Shown one piece after another: positions 155,342-165,918 of a DNA stretch of 248,000 nucleotides. The translations under genes and the position numbers were made by a program. This DNA is from Hyalangium minutum (lineage in GTDB: Bacteria > Myxococcota > Myxococcia > Myxococcales > Myxococcaceae). Below the pieces are notes generated by a model, which ran no database searches, was not told where the DNA came from, and saw only the letters and a list, made by a program, of their open reading frames with translations. The number at the start of each line of letters is the position of its first letter. Positions within the stretch are counted from its first letter, which is position 1. The stretch lies in assembly GCF_000737315.1 (NCBI RefSeq), contig NZ_JMCB01000006.1, positions 764,001 through 1,012,000 of the forward strand. The letters are read 5' to 3'.

Positions 155342-157108
155342 TTACGTCCGCTGCGGGAGCAGGCGGGTGACGCGCGCCAGCAGCGTATGGATGGAGAAGG
155401 GCTTGGCCACGAAGTCCACGGCGCCTTCGTTGTACAGCTTCATCACGTCCTCATCGCGGATGCGCGCGGAGAGGACGAGGGCCCGCACGGGCGAGGAGGC
155501 CTCGCGCAGCGCCTTGAGCACCTCGATGCCCGAGCGCCGCGGCATGTGCACGTCCAGCAGCAGCAGGTCCACGGGCGTGAGCGCGGGGTTGAGCAGCCGG
155601 GACAGGGCCTCCTCACCGTCGGTGACGGTCTCCACCACGTAGCCCTCGGCCTCGAGCAGCCGCTGGAGCACCCGGCGCAGCGCGGGCTCATCGTCGGCCA
155701 CGAGGATGCGGTGCGAGCGGGTCTGAGCGCCCTCCACCGTCGGACGCGAACCTGTGATGGGGCGAGCCGGGGCCGCGGCAGCCTCGCCCGGGGGCGTGGG
155801 GGAGCGGACTGGCGGCGTAAGGGGCCCGGTGGAAGGCTGCGTGGGGCGCGGGGTGGAGGGGGTGGTGGAGAGGGGATCCTTGGTGGGAATCGGGGGCCGG
155901 GTGAGCTGTGTGGCGGGGAGGACCGGGCGCGAAGGCGTGGCCGCGCCGGGCAGCCGCGGGGTGGGCGTGTTCTCCAGGCGCGAGCCACCGGTGGTGGGGC
156001 GCTCCACGCGCGGGGCCTGGGCGTTGGGGTCGCTGGCGGCACGCTGCAGGGTGCGGCGCTGCAGGTGGGCCATGAGGCGCAGGCGCAGCTCGGCGGGCTC
156101 CACGGGCTTGATGAGGTAGTCATCCACGCCGAGCTGGAAGGCGCGCACGCGGTCTCCCGAGGAGTCCCGGGCGGAGTGGAAGACGACGATGAGGCTGCGC
156201 CACGCGGGGTCCGCGCGCAGCTGGGTGAGCAGCTCGAAGCCATCCACCGAGGACATGGCCACATCCAGCAGGAGCAGGTCCGGGTGGTGGCGCTGGAGGC
156301 TGGAGAAGAGGTTGCGCGCGTCGTTGAGCGTCACCACCTCCATGCTGGCGGCCTCGAGCACGGCGCGGGCCGCGGCGAGCACGGTCGAGTCCTCATCCAC
156401 GGCGAGCACGCGGTAGCGCGCGGGGCTGGCGCGCTGGATGGAGACGATGTCGCGGGCCAGCGCCGGGGGCGGCGTGGCGATGGACATGACTGCGTCAATG
156501 CCCTCGCGAGGCACGGAGCGGACGTCCGCGGCGGGCGCGAGCAGGACGACGGGCGGAGGGGTGTTCAGCGAGCGCAGGGCGGCGCGCAGCGAGGTGGGGA
156601 CGGCGGGGCCCACCACGACGCGCTCCACGGGGCGCTCGGAGGTGAGGATGCGCACCGACTCTTCTTCGGAGGCGGCGGCCACGGCGTCCATGCCGAGCGT
156701 CTCGAGGTGCAGGGCGAGCTCGCTGGCCAGGTGCGCGTCCGCCAGGCGCACCAGCACGCGAGGCCGGTGGGGCACCAGCGGGAGGGTGCTGGGCGGATGG
156801 GAGAAGGCCTCCTGAAGGGACTGGAGGAGGCCGGGAATCCGGGGAGAGAAGGCCGTGTCGCCGCCCTCGGCGAGCTTCTCGAGCTCGGCGCAGAGCCGGG
156901 CCACCTCGGTGAAGCCGAGCGTGCTGGCGCTGCCTCGGGTGGAGTGCGCGGTCTGGGCGAACTGGGAGGCGGCACCGGGAGTGCCGGCCTTCCACGCGTC
157001 GGCATGGCGGCGCAACTGCGCCACGCGTTCGGACGCGCTGGTACGAAAGCCATCGCGGACCGTCGCGAGGGCCTGCGCCATCTCTTCTGCGACACCACGC
157101 TCGGCCAT
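155342..157108 (-). CDS. Hpt plus multi-REC protein
   Basis: AHSTRGSA; two intact REC domains. Confidence 0.82.
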   Translation of the reverse strand: MAERGVAEEMAQALATVRDGFRTSASERVAQLRRHADAWKAGTPGAASQFAQTAHSTRGSASTLGFTEVARLCAELEKLAEGGDTAFSPRIPGLLQSLQEAFSHPPSTLPLVPHRPRVLVRLADAHLASELALHLETLGMDAVAAASEEESVRILTSERPVERVVVGPAVPTSLRAALRSLNTPPPVVLLAPAADVRSVPREGIDAVMSIATPPPALARDIVSIQRASPARYRVLAVDEDSTVLAAARAVLEAASMEVVTLNDARNLFSSLQRHHPDLLLLDVAMSSVDGFELLTQLRADPAWRSLIVVFHSARDSSGDRVRAFQLGVDDYLIKPVEPAELRLRLMAHLQRRTLQRAASDPNAQAPRVERPTTGGSRLENTPTPRLPGAATPSRPVLPATQLTRPPIPTKDPLSTTPSTPRPTQPSTGPLTPPVRSPTPPGEAAAAPARPITGSRPTVEGAQTRSHRILVADDEPALRRVLQRLLEAEGYVVETVTDGEEALSRLLNPALTPVDLLLLDVHMPRRSGIEVLKALREASSPVRALVLSARIRDEDVMKLYNEGAVDFVAKPFSIHTLLARVTRLLPQRT

Positions 157109-157349
157109 GAGGATCTTCTGATTTAACACGAAGGCCGCGCGCTGTCCGTCCCTCATGGAGGGGGCGAGGTGGGAGACGCCTGGTCGCTCGGTGTGAGCTG
157201 GGAAGACGCGCTCTCCGTGCACCTACACTCGGAAGAACCGGGAGCACGGCTTGGTCTGAGAATGGCTGGCTCTGCCCGAGGCAGCGCGGATTGTAAGGAG
157301 TGTGGATCCATGCCTGGGCCTACGTGACTTCCACTACGCTGGTGCGGCA

Positions 157350-158456
157350 ATGACAGTGACGCGGTTGGAGATAGCGGGGTACCGCTCGGTGAGGCGGCTG
157401 GTGTTGCCTGTGCACCCGGTGACAGTGGTGGTGGGGCCGAACGGAAGCGGGAAGACGAACTTGTACCGGGCGCTGTACCTGCTGCAGGCGGCGGCGGAGG
157501 GCCGGCTGGCGCGGACGTTGGCGGAGGAGGGTGGGACTCCGAGTGTGGTGTGGGCGGGGCCGCGTGAGGCGAAGAAGCCGGTGCGGCTGACGGTGGGAGT
157601 GACGCTGGAGGACGAGCTGGCCTACGAGCTGAGCTGCGGAATCATCCCGCCGGATCCGTCGCAGGCGTCGCTGTTCTCGTTGGATCCGGAGGTGAAGGAG
157701 GAGCACCTGTGGGCGCTGTCGGGGGGACGGCGCGCGGTGCTGATGGAGCGCAAGGACCGCACGGCGTTCCTGAGGGACTCGGAGGGGCAGCGGGTGACGT
157801 TTCCGACGCAGCTGTGGGAAGCGGAGTCGGTGTTGGATCAGCTGGCCGAGCCGCAGCGGTTCCCCCGGTTGGCGGAGGTGCAGCGGACGTTGAAGTCGTG
157901 GCGCTTCTTCCACCAGTTCCGGACAGACCTGGAGGCACCGGCGCGGCAGCCGCAGATTGGGGTGAGGACGACGGCGCTGGCGCATGACGGGAGAGACCTG
158001 GCGGCGGCGCTGAGGACGATCCAGGAGATTGGGGATGTGCGGGGGTTGGCGAAGGCGCTGGACGACGCGTTCCCGGGAGCGCGCCTGGAGATCGAGGCAC
158101 CGCAGGGGCGCTTCAGCCTGTTGCTGCGGATGCCGGGGCTGAACCGGCCGATGACGGCGGGCGAGCTGTCGGACGGGACGCTGCGCTATCTCTGTCTGTT
158201 GGCGGCGCTGATGAGCCCGAGGCCACCGCCGTTCGTGGCGTTGAACGAGCCGGAGACGAGCCTGCACCCGGACCTACTGGGGCCACTGGCGAGGCTCATC
158301 GTGGACGCGTCGAAGCACAGCCAGATCTGGGTGACGACGCACGCGGACGTGCTGGCGGAGGCCATCTCGCGGAAGACGGGCTACGAGCCGGTGCGGCTGG
158401 TGAAGAACGCGGGAGCCACGGAGGTGGCGGACACGGCGGCGCGAGAAGAAGAGTGA
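157350..158456 (+). CDS. AAA_21/ABC-type ATPase
   Basis: GPNGSGKTN, LSDGT, NEPETSLHP. Confidence 0.88.
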   Translation: MTVTRLEIAGYRSVRRLVLPVHPVTVVVGPNGSGKTNLYRALYLLQAAAEGRLARTLAEEGGTPSVVWAGPREAKKPVRLTVGVTLEDELAYELSCGIIPPDPSQASLFSLDPEVKEEHLWALSGGRRAVLMERKDRTAFLRDSEGQRVTFPTQLWEAESVLDQLAEPQRFPRLAEVQRTLKSWRFFHQFRTDLEAPARQPQIGVRTTALAHDGRDLAAALRTIQEIGDVRGLAKALDDAFPGARLEIEAPQGRFSLLLRMPGLNRPMTAGELSDGTLRYLCLLAALMSPRPPPFVALNEPETSLHPDLLGPLARLIVDASKHSQIWVTTHADVLAEAISRKTGYEPVRLVKNAGATEVADTAAREEE

Positions 158457-158510
158457 CGCCGCCGTTGTCCCAGGGCTCGGAAGTGGCCCGAGCCCTGGTT
158501 CTTCCACGGG

Positions 158511-160565
158511 CTACTGCTTGGCCTTGGCGATGGTCTCCTTGGCCTCCTTCACCACGTTGTCCACGGTGAAGCCGAACTTCTGCAGCAGGGCCTTGAGCGG
158601 TGCGGAGGCTCCGAAGGAGCGCATGCCCACCACGGAGCCGCGCAGCCCCACCCAGCGCTCCCAGCCGAACACCTCTGCCTGCTCCACCGCCACTCGCGCG
158701 CGCACGGCGTCCGGCAGCACGGACTGCTTGTAGGCCTCGTCCTGCTGATCGAAGAGCTCCCACGAGGGCATGCTCACCACCCGCGCCTTCACGCCCTCGG
158801 CCTTGAGCTTCGCGGAGGCCTCCAGGCACAGATGCACCTCGCTGCCCGTGCCGATGAGGATGACATCGGGTGTGCCCTCGGAGTCCGAGAGCACATAAGC
158901 GCCCTTGGCCACTCCCGAGGCCGGTGCGTACTTCGTCCGGTCCAGCGTGGGCACGGCCTGCCGCGTGAGCACCAGCGCCACCGGGTGGCTCTTCTGCTGG
159001 GCGATGATGCGCCAGGCCTCCGTCACCTCGTTGGCGTCCGCGGGCCGCAGGACGATGAGGCCCGGGATGGCGCGCAGGCTGGGGAGCTGCTCCACCGGCT
159101 GGTGCGTGGGTCCGTCCTCGCCCAGGCCGATCGAGTCATGCGTGAAGATGTGGATGGCTGGCACCTCCATGATGGCGGAGAGCCGGATGGCCGGGCGCTG
159201 GTAGTCGCTGAAGATGAGGAACGTGGCCCCGTACGCGCGCAGCTTGCTCAGCGCCAGGCCGTTCACGATGGAGCCCATCACGTGCTCGCGCACCCCGAAG
159301 TGGATGTTGCGCCCGCTGGGGTCCCCCGGCTTCATCGGCCCCGAGAAGCCCAGGTACGTCTTCGTGGACGGGTTCAGGTCCGCCGAGCCCCCCAGAACCC
159401 ACGGGTGGTGCTTCGCCAGCGCGTTGAGCACCTTGCCGCTCGACTCGCGCGTGGCCACGCCCTTCGCATCCGCCGCGAAGGTGGGCAGCTCCTTGTCCCA
159501 GCCCTCGGGCAGCTCCCGCCGCTGCATGCGCTCGAGCTGATCCGCCAGGTCCGGATGTTGCTTCTTGTACTCGGCGAACGTCTTCTCCCACTCCGTGCGA
159601 AGCTGCTTGCCCCGGGCGCCCAGCCGCTCCTGGAAGCGCTCGCGCACGCCGTCGGGCACGAGGAACTGCGCGTCCTCGGGCCAGCCGTAGTTCTTCTTGG
159701 CGGCCTTGATTTCCTCGGCGCCCAGCGGCTCGCCGTGCGCCGCCGCGGTGCCCTGCTTCTTGGGCGAGCCGTAGCCAATCTGGCTCTTGACGATGATGAG
159801 CGTGGGCTTGCCGCGCTGCTCCTTGAAGGTGCGGTACGCCTTCGAGAGCGCCGCCAAATCGTTCGCGTCGTCCACGTGCAGCACGCGCCAGCCGTAGGCC
159901 TCGAAGCGCTTGCCCACGTCCTCGGTGAAGGCCAGGTCCGTGCTGCCATCAATGGAGATGCGGTTCGAGTCGTAGATCCAACACAGGTTGGGCAGCTGCA
160001 GGTGCCCGGCGATGGAGGCCGCCTCGCTGGCCACGCCCTCCATCAAGTCACCGTCGCCGCACACGGCCCACACGTCATAGTCGAACAGCGTGAAGCCCGG
160101 CCGGTTGTACGTGGCGCCCAGCCACCGCGAGGCAATGGCCATGCCCACGCTGTTGGAGACGCCCTGGCCCAGCGGACCGGTGGTGGTCTCCACGCCGCTG
160201 GTCCACCGGTACTCGGGGTGGCCCGGAGTGACGCTGTCCAGCTGGCGGAACTTCTGGAGGTCCTCCATGGAGATGGTGGGCACCTCCTCCACGCGGTAGT
160301 CGCGCGTCACCCGGCGAACACCCGACAGGTGCAACAGCCCGTACAGCAGCATGGAGGCGTGGCCGTTGGAGAGGATGAAGCGGTCCCGGTTGGGCCAGAT
160401 GGGACCGGACGGGTCGTAGCGCAGCTCTTGCTGCCACAGCTGATAGGCCACCGGGGCCAGCGCCATGGGTGCGCCTGGGTGCCCCGAGTGAGCTTTCTCC
160501 ACCGCATCCATGGCCAGGGTGCGGAGCGTATTGATGCACTGCAGATCCAGCGTGTCGGTCGTCAT
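158511..160565 (-). CDS. tkt: transketolase
   Basis: SGHPG, TTGPLGQG, GDGDLMEG, EDGPTHQP. Confidence 0.97.
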   Translation of the reverse strand: MTTDTLDLQCINTLRTLAMDAVEKAHSGHPGAPMALAPVAYQLWQQELRYDPSGPIWPNRDRFILSNGHASMLLYGLLHLSGVRRVTRDYRVEEVPTISMEDLQKFRQLDSVTPGHPEYRWTSGVETTTGPLGQGVSNSVGMAIASRWLGATYNRPGFTLFDYDVWAVCGDGDLMEGVASEAASIAGHLQLPNLCWIYDSNRISIDGSTDLAFTEDVGKRFEAYGWRVLHVDDANDLAALSKAYRTFKEQRGKPTLIIVKSQIGYGSPKKQGTAAAHGEPLGAEEIKAAKKNYGWPEDAQFLVPDGVRERFQERLGARGKQLRTEWEKTFAEYKKQHPDLADQLERMQRRELPEGWDKELPTFAADAKGVATRESSGKVLNALAKHHPWVLGGSADLNPSTKTYLGFSGPMKPGDPSGRNIHFGVREHVMGSIVNGLALSKLRAYGATFLIFSDYQRPAIRLSAIMEVPAIHIFTHDSIGLGEDGPTHQPVEQLPSLRAIPGLIVLRPADANEVTEAWRIIAQQKSHPVALVLTRQAVPTLDRTKYAPASGVAKGAYVLSDSEGTPDVILIGTGSEVHLCLEASAKLKAEGVKARVVSMPSWELFDQQDEAYKQSVLPDAVRARVAVEQAEVFGWERWVGLRGSVVGMRSFGASAPLKALLQKFGFTVDNVVKEAKETIAKAKQ

Positions 160566-160780
160566 GGGTGGGAGGTCCTCTTCTGACTCCTGCGTGGGGC
160601 GCACCATGCCGCAAGAGCGGGCCGGGCGCCGCACCAAACGCGCGGAACGTGCGAGGTGGGACGAATGTCAGACCCGGGCTGTACACTGCCGTAACTGAAA
160701 TAGAGCCAAGGCGGGTTCGTATTCAGGAAGCGGCTGGCTTGCCCGTCTGGGGCCGGCGCTTACGTTCAGGGGAAGCAGTC

Positions 160781-160975
160781 ATGGGTCATGTGTTCGTTCC
160801 GGTGGCGCTGGCGTTGTGGGTGGCGGTGGCGGTGGTGCGCGCATGGGCGACACCCTCCCAGGCTCCAGCTTCCGTTCCGGCAGTAGAAGTGGAGGCTCAT
160901 CAGCCTCGCCCGTCGCAGTCCGACAGTGCGTCCGTGTCGGAGGCGGAGCGGGTGAAGGCGCACGGCGAGGGCTGA
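160781..160975 (+). CDS. 64-aa membrane peptide
   Basis: AGGGGA RBS; HVFVPVALALWVAVAV. Confidence 0.55.
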   Translation: MGHVFVPVALALWVAVAVVRAWATPSQAPASVPAVEVEAHQPRPSQSDSASVSEAERVKAHGEG

Positions 160976-161120
160976 GGCCCCGCACGCAGAGGCAGTGTCA
161001 GAGCAGACCGCGAGAGTTCGGGCCACGAGGCAGGTGCCTCGGGGGCGCACCGGAGGTGTCTGCTCATTTCAGCAACAGGGAGGGCATCCGTCCTGTCTGA
161101 CGGGTGGATTCACAGGGGGG

Positions 161121-161234
161121 ATGGCCATGGTTCAACTGTTCATTCCAGCAGTGTTGGTGCTCTGGGTGGCGTGGGCGGTTCCGCGCACCCGGCGTCGCAA
161201 CCGGCGGTTCAAGCTGAGCGCCCGGGCCCGCTAA
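161121..161234 (+). CDS. 37-aa membrane peptide with basic tail
   Basis: AGGGGGG RBS; QLFIPAVLVLWVAWAV-PRTRRRNRR. Confidence 0.55.
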   Translation: MAMVQLFIPAVLVLWVAWAVPRTRRRNRRFKLSARAR

Positions 161235-161258
161235 GGCCGAGGCAGCTCCTACGCAACT

Positions 161259-161291
161259 GGGCCCTGGGGGAAACCCCAGGGCTCTTTTTTT
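161259..161291 (+). terminator. intrinsic terminator
   Basis: GGGCCCTGGGG-GAAA-CCCCAGGGCTC followed by T7. Confidence 0.8.
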
Positions 161292-161349
161292 ACCAGGAGA
161301 TCAAGGGAGACTCACAGGGGCGGCTTGTCGGGTGTATATGTCCCGCCAC

Positions 161350-161922
161350 ATGTCCTTTGAGAAAGCCCTTCGAGAGATGATTCGCCGCGAGCTGAGCAGC
161401 CAGCTCGGGCCGCTGCAGAAGTCCGTGCTCCAGCTGGAGCGCGGGCTGTCGTCGCTGCAGACCTTGCGCGAGGTGACGGCGCAGCTGGCCCCGCTGCTCG
161501 GGGAGAGAGGCCGCCAGGTGGCGCTCCGGCACGTCCAGGCACAGGCCCCTGTTCCGCGCACCCCGCCCGCGGCCCGGGCTCCGGCGGCCGCTGCCCCCCG
161601 GGCCAAGGCCGCTCCTGCTGCCCCCGCTGCTTCCTCCGCGGAGCGGCTCTGCGCGGTGAAGGGCTGCAAGCGGCCGAGCCGTTCCAAGGGCTACTGCTCG
161701 GCGCACTACCAGAAGCTGCGCCTGCTGATCCGCACGAACCGCCGCCCGGCTGACTGGGTGGATGATGCGTCGCCGCAGTCCGCACTGGAGGTGAAGCTGC
161801 CTCGAGGCCGCGCCGGCGCGAAGGAGCTGAAGGAGGCCGCGCCCGCCACGCCGCGTGAGCCGCCCAAGCCCAAGGCCTGGGTGCGCAAGAAGGGCAACGC
161901 GGGCATGGTCTCCCTGCACTGA
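161350..161922 (+). CDS. basic zinc-finger protein (paralog of 97497)
   Basis: CAVKGC..KGYCSAHYQKLR. Confidence 0.7.
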   Translation: MSFEKALREMIRRELSSQLGPLQKSVLQLERGLSSLQTLREVTAQLAPLLGERGRQVALRHVQAQAPVPRTPPAARAPAAAAPRAKAAPAAPAASSAERLCAVKGCKRPSRSKGYCSAHYQKLRLLIRTNRRPADWVDDASPQSALEVKLPRGRAGAKELKEAAPATPREPPKPKAWVRKKGNAGMVSLH

Positions 161923-161999
161923 GCGCGTGCCGGGGCCTCCCCGACATGACAGGTCACACGGCCGTTGACAGACCTGCCGGGGGATGGGATTCGGACGCC

Positions 162000-162518
162000 A
162001 TGAGCGAGTATCCGGTCTACGTGGCGGTGCGGCGCCCCGATGGGCGCGTGGAGCAGGTGCGTGTGGGAACCGCCGTCCAGCAGGACGACGGCTTCCAGCT
162101 GCGCATGGGCGAGCTCTTCATCGGTGGCACTCCGGACGCGGCCTCGGCGCCCGCCTCGGCGCCCCGGCGGTCCATGGGCGGTGGAGCCTCTGGCGGTGGA
162201 GCCTCTGGCGGTGGCGGGGGTGGAGATGGGGGCACGTTCCCCAACTACGGCCGCAGCAAGGGGGGCCCCATCCGCGGTGCCACCATGCAGGACCTGGAGT
162301 ACTACGCCAACGGCGCCCGGCGCTCGCTGGCGGACCCCAGCAAGTCGCGCTGGCATGACAAGGAGCGCGCGCTCCTGGCCTCCATCGAGGCGGAGATCGC
162401 CCGCCAGCGCGGGGGTGGCGGTGGCGGGGGTGGGGACGAGTACCCGAGCGGTGGCTCGTCGCCGGGGATGGGTGACAACGAGCCGCCTCCGCACACGGAC
162501 GACGACATTCCCTTCTAG
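162000..162518 (+). CDS. protein with SSB-type acidic C-terminal tail
   Basis: Gly-rich linkers; ends DDDIPF. Confidence 0.65.
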   Translation: MSEYPVYVAVRRPDGRVEQVRVGTAVQQDDGFQLRMGELFIGGTPDAASAPASAPRRSMGGGASGGGASGGGGGGDGGTFPNYGRSKGGPIRGATMQDLEYYANGARRSLADPSKSRWHDKERALLASIEAEIARQRGGGGGGGGDEYPSGGSSPGMGDNEPPPHTDDDIPF

Positions 162519-164212
162519 TCGCAGGGCAGCCGCACGGTGAAGGTGGTGCCCAGGCCCGGGGCGCTCTCCACTGCCACGTCGCCCGAGTGGCTCTCGATGA
162601 TGCGCCGGACGATGGGCAGCCCCAGCCCGGTGCCCTGGGCCCGCGTGGTGAAGAACGGCTCGAAGATGCGCTGCTGAGTCTCCGGCGTCATGCCCACGCC
162701 GGTGTCGGAGATGGACAGCCTCAGGCGCGAGGCGCCCGCTCCCTGCTCGTGCTCGATGCGAATCTGGAGGTCGCCTCCCACGGGCATGGCCTGCAGGGCA
162801 TTGGTGAAGAGGTTGGACAGGGCCATGTGCAGCTGCTGCGCGTCCACCAGCGCTGGCGGCAGGCCCGGTGCCACCTGGCGCCGCACGGTGATGGGCACGC
162901 CGGTGTTCTGGGAGCGCAGCGCCGCGGAGAGTGCCTCTTCCACCAGGGGCTGGAGCGGCTCGGGGCGAGGTTGAGGCTGCGCGGGCCGGGCGAAGTCCAG
163001 CAGCCCGTGGATGAGCGCGTCCAGCCGCTGAACCTCCTCGCTCATGATGCCGAGCAGCTCCTGCTCCGGCGGGCTCGAGCGTTGGCTGGGCAGGCGGCGC
163101 AGGGTGGAGACGCAGTTGGCGATGGCGCCCAGGGGGTTGCGCACCTCGTGGGCCATGGTGGCGGCCAGCTCGCCCAGTGCCGCCATCCGCTCGCGCGCCA
163201 CCAGCTCCGACTGTGTCTTGGCGAGGATGTCCAACGACTGACGCAGCTCCTGGTTGAGCGCGGACACCTTGAGCTGGGCGCGGCGCCGCTCGCCGAGCGC
163301 GGCGGCCAGCAGCATGCCGGAGATGCTGATGGCTCCGAGGAACGACTGGAGCAGGAAGAGGCTCGGGGTGCCGTTCTCCGGATCCTCGGAGGAGGACGCG
163401 CGCACGCTCGGGGGCACGCCGGGCTCCGGCCGGGCGAAGGGGCCCAGGTCGCGGTCGGTGTGCCAGATGGCGACGGCCGAGAGGATCAGGGTGGCGGCGG
163501 TGGTGCCGTGGCCCTCGAAGCGCAGGGCGGCCCAGAGGATGAAGGGAAAGGCCAGGTAGATGAGGGGGTGAAAGGTCCACTGCTCCGAGAGCTTCACGCT
163601 GAAGATGGCGTCGGAGGCCAGGCCCAGCACCAGCACGAGCGCCCCCAGCTCCCACCGGCGCCGCGAGGGCCAGTCCTTGCAGTCCTGCAGCCAGATGAGC
163701 AGCAGCGGCGTGAGCACGAGGATGCCCATGGCATCGCTCAGCCAGACCACCTCCCAGGTCCGTCCGTACTGCTCCCAGGCGTCCGGCTTGGCCAGCGAGC
163801 GGAGGCCCACGGCGAGCTGCGAGGTCAGCAGAGCGCTCACCCCGGCGGCCAGCGTCACCAGCCCGATGACGTCGCGCACCCGGTGCAGATCGGTGCGGTG
163901 CCCCACGAAGCGCCGCATGAGAAAAGCGCCCAACACCCCCTCGAGTGCACCACAGGTGGAGCTCAGGAGGGTGAGCCACCAGGGCTGGTTCGGGTGGGGC
164001 GAAAGGGTCCCCAGCGCGATGGCCGCGAGGGCCACCACGGGCCAGTGACGGAGGCGGGTGACCAGCAGCGCCGCGAGCACGAGGCCACTGGGAAACCACA
164101 CGGGGGCGGCATGCACGGAGGGAAAGCACAGCTTGCGCCCTATCCACACCAGAGCCGGATACAGCAGGGCGAAGACCGCCAGGCGCGCCAGCGGGTGCCA
164201 GCGCCTCACCAT
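162515..164212 (-). CDS. MASE1 histidine kinase
   Basis: VWFPSG MASE1, HEVRNP, GTGLG. Confidence 0.9.
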   Translation of the reverse strand: MVRRWHPLARLAVFALLYPALVWIGRKLCFPSVHAAPVWFPSGLVLAALLVTRLRHWPVVALAAIALGTLSPHPNQPWWLTLLSSTCGALEGVLGAFLMRRFVGHRTDLHRVRDVIGLVTLAAGVSALLTSQLAVGLRSLAKPDAWEQYGRTWEVVWLSDAMGILVLTPLLLIWLQDCKDWPSRRRWELGALVLVLGLASDAIFSVKLSEQWTFHPLIYLAFPFILWAALRFEGHGTTAATLILSAVAIWHTDRDLGPFARPEPGVPPSVRASSSEDPENGTPSLFLLQSFLGAISISGMLLAAALGERRRAQLKVSALNQELRQSLDILAKTQSELVARERMAALGELAATMAHEVRNPLGAIANCVSTLRRLPSQRSSPPEQELLGIMSEEVQRLDALIHGLLDFARPAQPQPRPEPLQPLVEEALSAALRSQNTGVPITVRRQVAPGLPPALVDAQQLHMALSNLFTNALQAMPVGGDLQIRIEHEQGAGASRLRLSISDTGVGMTPETQQRIFEPFFTTRAQGTGLGLPIVRRIIESHSGDVAVESAPGLGTTFTVRLPCD

Positions 164213-164334
164213 GAACTCAGTCTGCAAGGCGGGCCCCCCCCGGGCCGTGGCTACACTCTGAGTGTGGCACGGGGCTGCTTCACACGGGAAGTGGCCGAGG
164301 CAGGCGCTCGCGGTGGATGGTAAGACTGCGACCC

Positions 164335-165918
164335 ATGTCCTCGCCGCATTCACCGGGAGTGTTGAATTCTCCAGAAGGAAAGTCCCCAGATTCCGGGGGG
164401 TTGAGCGCTCCTCGAAGGACTGCGCTGCGGTGGGCCGTGAACGCGGCCGTGGCGCTGGTGGGAGCGCTGGTGGCGCTGCGGGCGGGCCGGTGGGTGGGCG
164501 CGCTGGGCACCAACACGGTGCTGGCCGCGCTGCCGGTGTTGCTCCTCGTGGTGGGGGTGCCTCCGCTCTCCGTGGTGGGTGCGGAGGCCTGGGTGGGCCC
164601 GCGCCTGGAGCCGGGGAGGCCGCGCTGGGGACGGGCGGTGGGAGCGGCCATCGCCGCCCAGGTGCTGATGCTGGTGGGCGCGGTGTGGGCGGGCGCCTCG
164701 GCGCGGAGGCTCGGGGACGTGGCGCTGCTGGCGTTGGTGGAGGCGGTGGTGCTGGCCACGGTGGTGACGAAGGTGGCCCGGCCGGCCGCGCTGGTGCTGC
164801 TCATGGCGCTCGTCTCGGTGCCGAGGCTGGCCGGGGCGGCGTGTCCGGAGCGCGCGGAGTGGCCCACGAAGGAGTGGTCCACCGGGACGCTGCCCGCCGG
164901 GCGCGAAGAGGCGCTCAAGGCCTTCGAGGACTACGCCTTCACGCTGGAGGGCCAGGACGAGGAGCGCAAGGGGGTGCGCACGGACGGGGTGGTGCTCATC
165001 CACCACGGGCGCCTGGTGTACGAGCGCTATGCGCGCGGCTTCAAGCCGGAGCAGCGGCACTTGGGCTGGTCCATGTCCAAGAGCGTGACGAACGCGTTCA
165101 CGGCGCTGGCGGTGGCCCACGGCGTGCTGACGCTGGACGACTCCATCTGCAAGCACGTGAAGGCGACGAACGAGGCCGCGTGCGCCATCACCGTGCGCCA
165201 CCTGCTCGAGTTCGGCTCGGGGCTGGATTGGAAGGAGGGCTACGAGAACGGCTCGCTGCAGACGTCCTCGGTGCTGGCGATGCTCTACGGCGAGGGGCGC
165301 CGGGACATGGTGGCCTTCATCACCGCGCACGCGCTGAGGGACAAGCCCGGCACGAGCTGGGAGTACTCCTCGGGAGACACCACACTGCTGGCCGGGGTGG
165401 TGGGCGCGGCGATGAAGCCCCGCTTCGGCGACGGGTGGGAGTGGAAGCTGCTGCTGGACAAGGTGGGCGTGCGCAGCGCGGTCTTCGAGCGCGATGGGAA
165501 GGGCGTGCTGGTGGGCTCCTCGCTGATGCACGCCACGCCGCGCGACTGGGCGAAGCTGGGCTTCTTCTTCCTCAATGATGGGTGCTGGGAGGGCGAGCGG
165601 CTGCTGCCCGAGGGGTGGATGGCCGCCTCGGTGGCTGTCTCCGAGCCCCTGAAGCAGAAGCGCGTGGACTGGGATCCGGGCGACGTGCAGGGCCGCCAGT
165701 TCTGGCTCAACCGCCGCGTGCCGGGCTTGCAGGACGAGAAGCCCTGGCCGGACGTCCCCGAGGAGGCCTTCGCCATGCGAGGCCACTGGAGCCAGTCCGT
165801 CACCCTCATCCCCTCGTTGGATCTGATCGTGGTGCGCATGGCGGATGACCGCAACCCAGGCTTCGACTTCAACACCTTCGTCAAGCGGGCCATCGCCCTG
165901 GTGGAGGGCACGCCATGA
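164335..165918 (+). CDS. serine hydrolase (beta-lactamase class C-like) with N-terminal TM region
   Basis: SMSK, YSS, RGH. Confidence 0.82.
   Translation: MSSPHSPGVLNSPEGKSPDSGGLSAPRRTALRWAVNAAVALVGALVALRAGRWVGALGTNTVLAALPVLLLVVGVPPLSVVGAEAWVGPRLEPGRPRWGRAVGAAIAAQVLMLVGAVWAGASARRLGDVALLALVEAVVLATVVTKVARPAALVLLMALVSVPRLAGAACPERAEWPTKEWSTGTLPAGREEALKAFEDYAFTLEGQDEERKGVRTDGVVLIHHGRLVYERYARGFKPEQRHLGWSMSKSVTNAFTALAVAHGVLTLDDSICKHVKATNEAACAITVRHLLEFGSGLDWKEGYENGSLQTSSVLAMLYGEGRRDMVAFITAHALRDKPGTSWEYSSGDTTLLAGVVGAAMKPRFGDGWEWKLLLDKVGVRSAVFERDGKGVLVGSSLMHATPRDWAKLGFFFLNDGCWEGERLLPEGWMAASVAVSEPLKQKRVDWDPGDVQGRQFWLNRRVPGLQDEKPWPDVPEEAFAMRGHWSQSVTLIPSLDLIVVRMADDRNPGFDFNTFVKRAIALVEGTP

Noticed and set aside
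164266-164280. TGGCAC..TGCT sigma54-like motif
   Set aside because: GG-to-GC spacing is 9 rather than the required 10.
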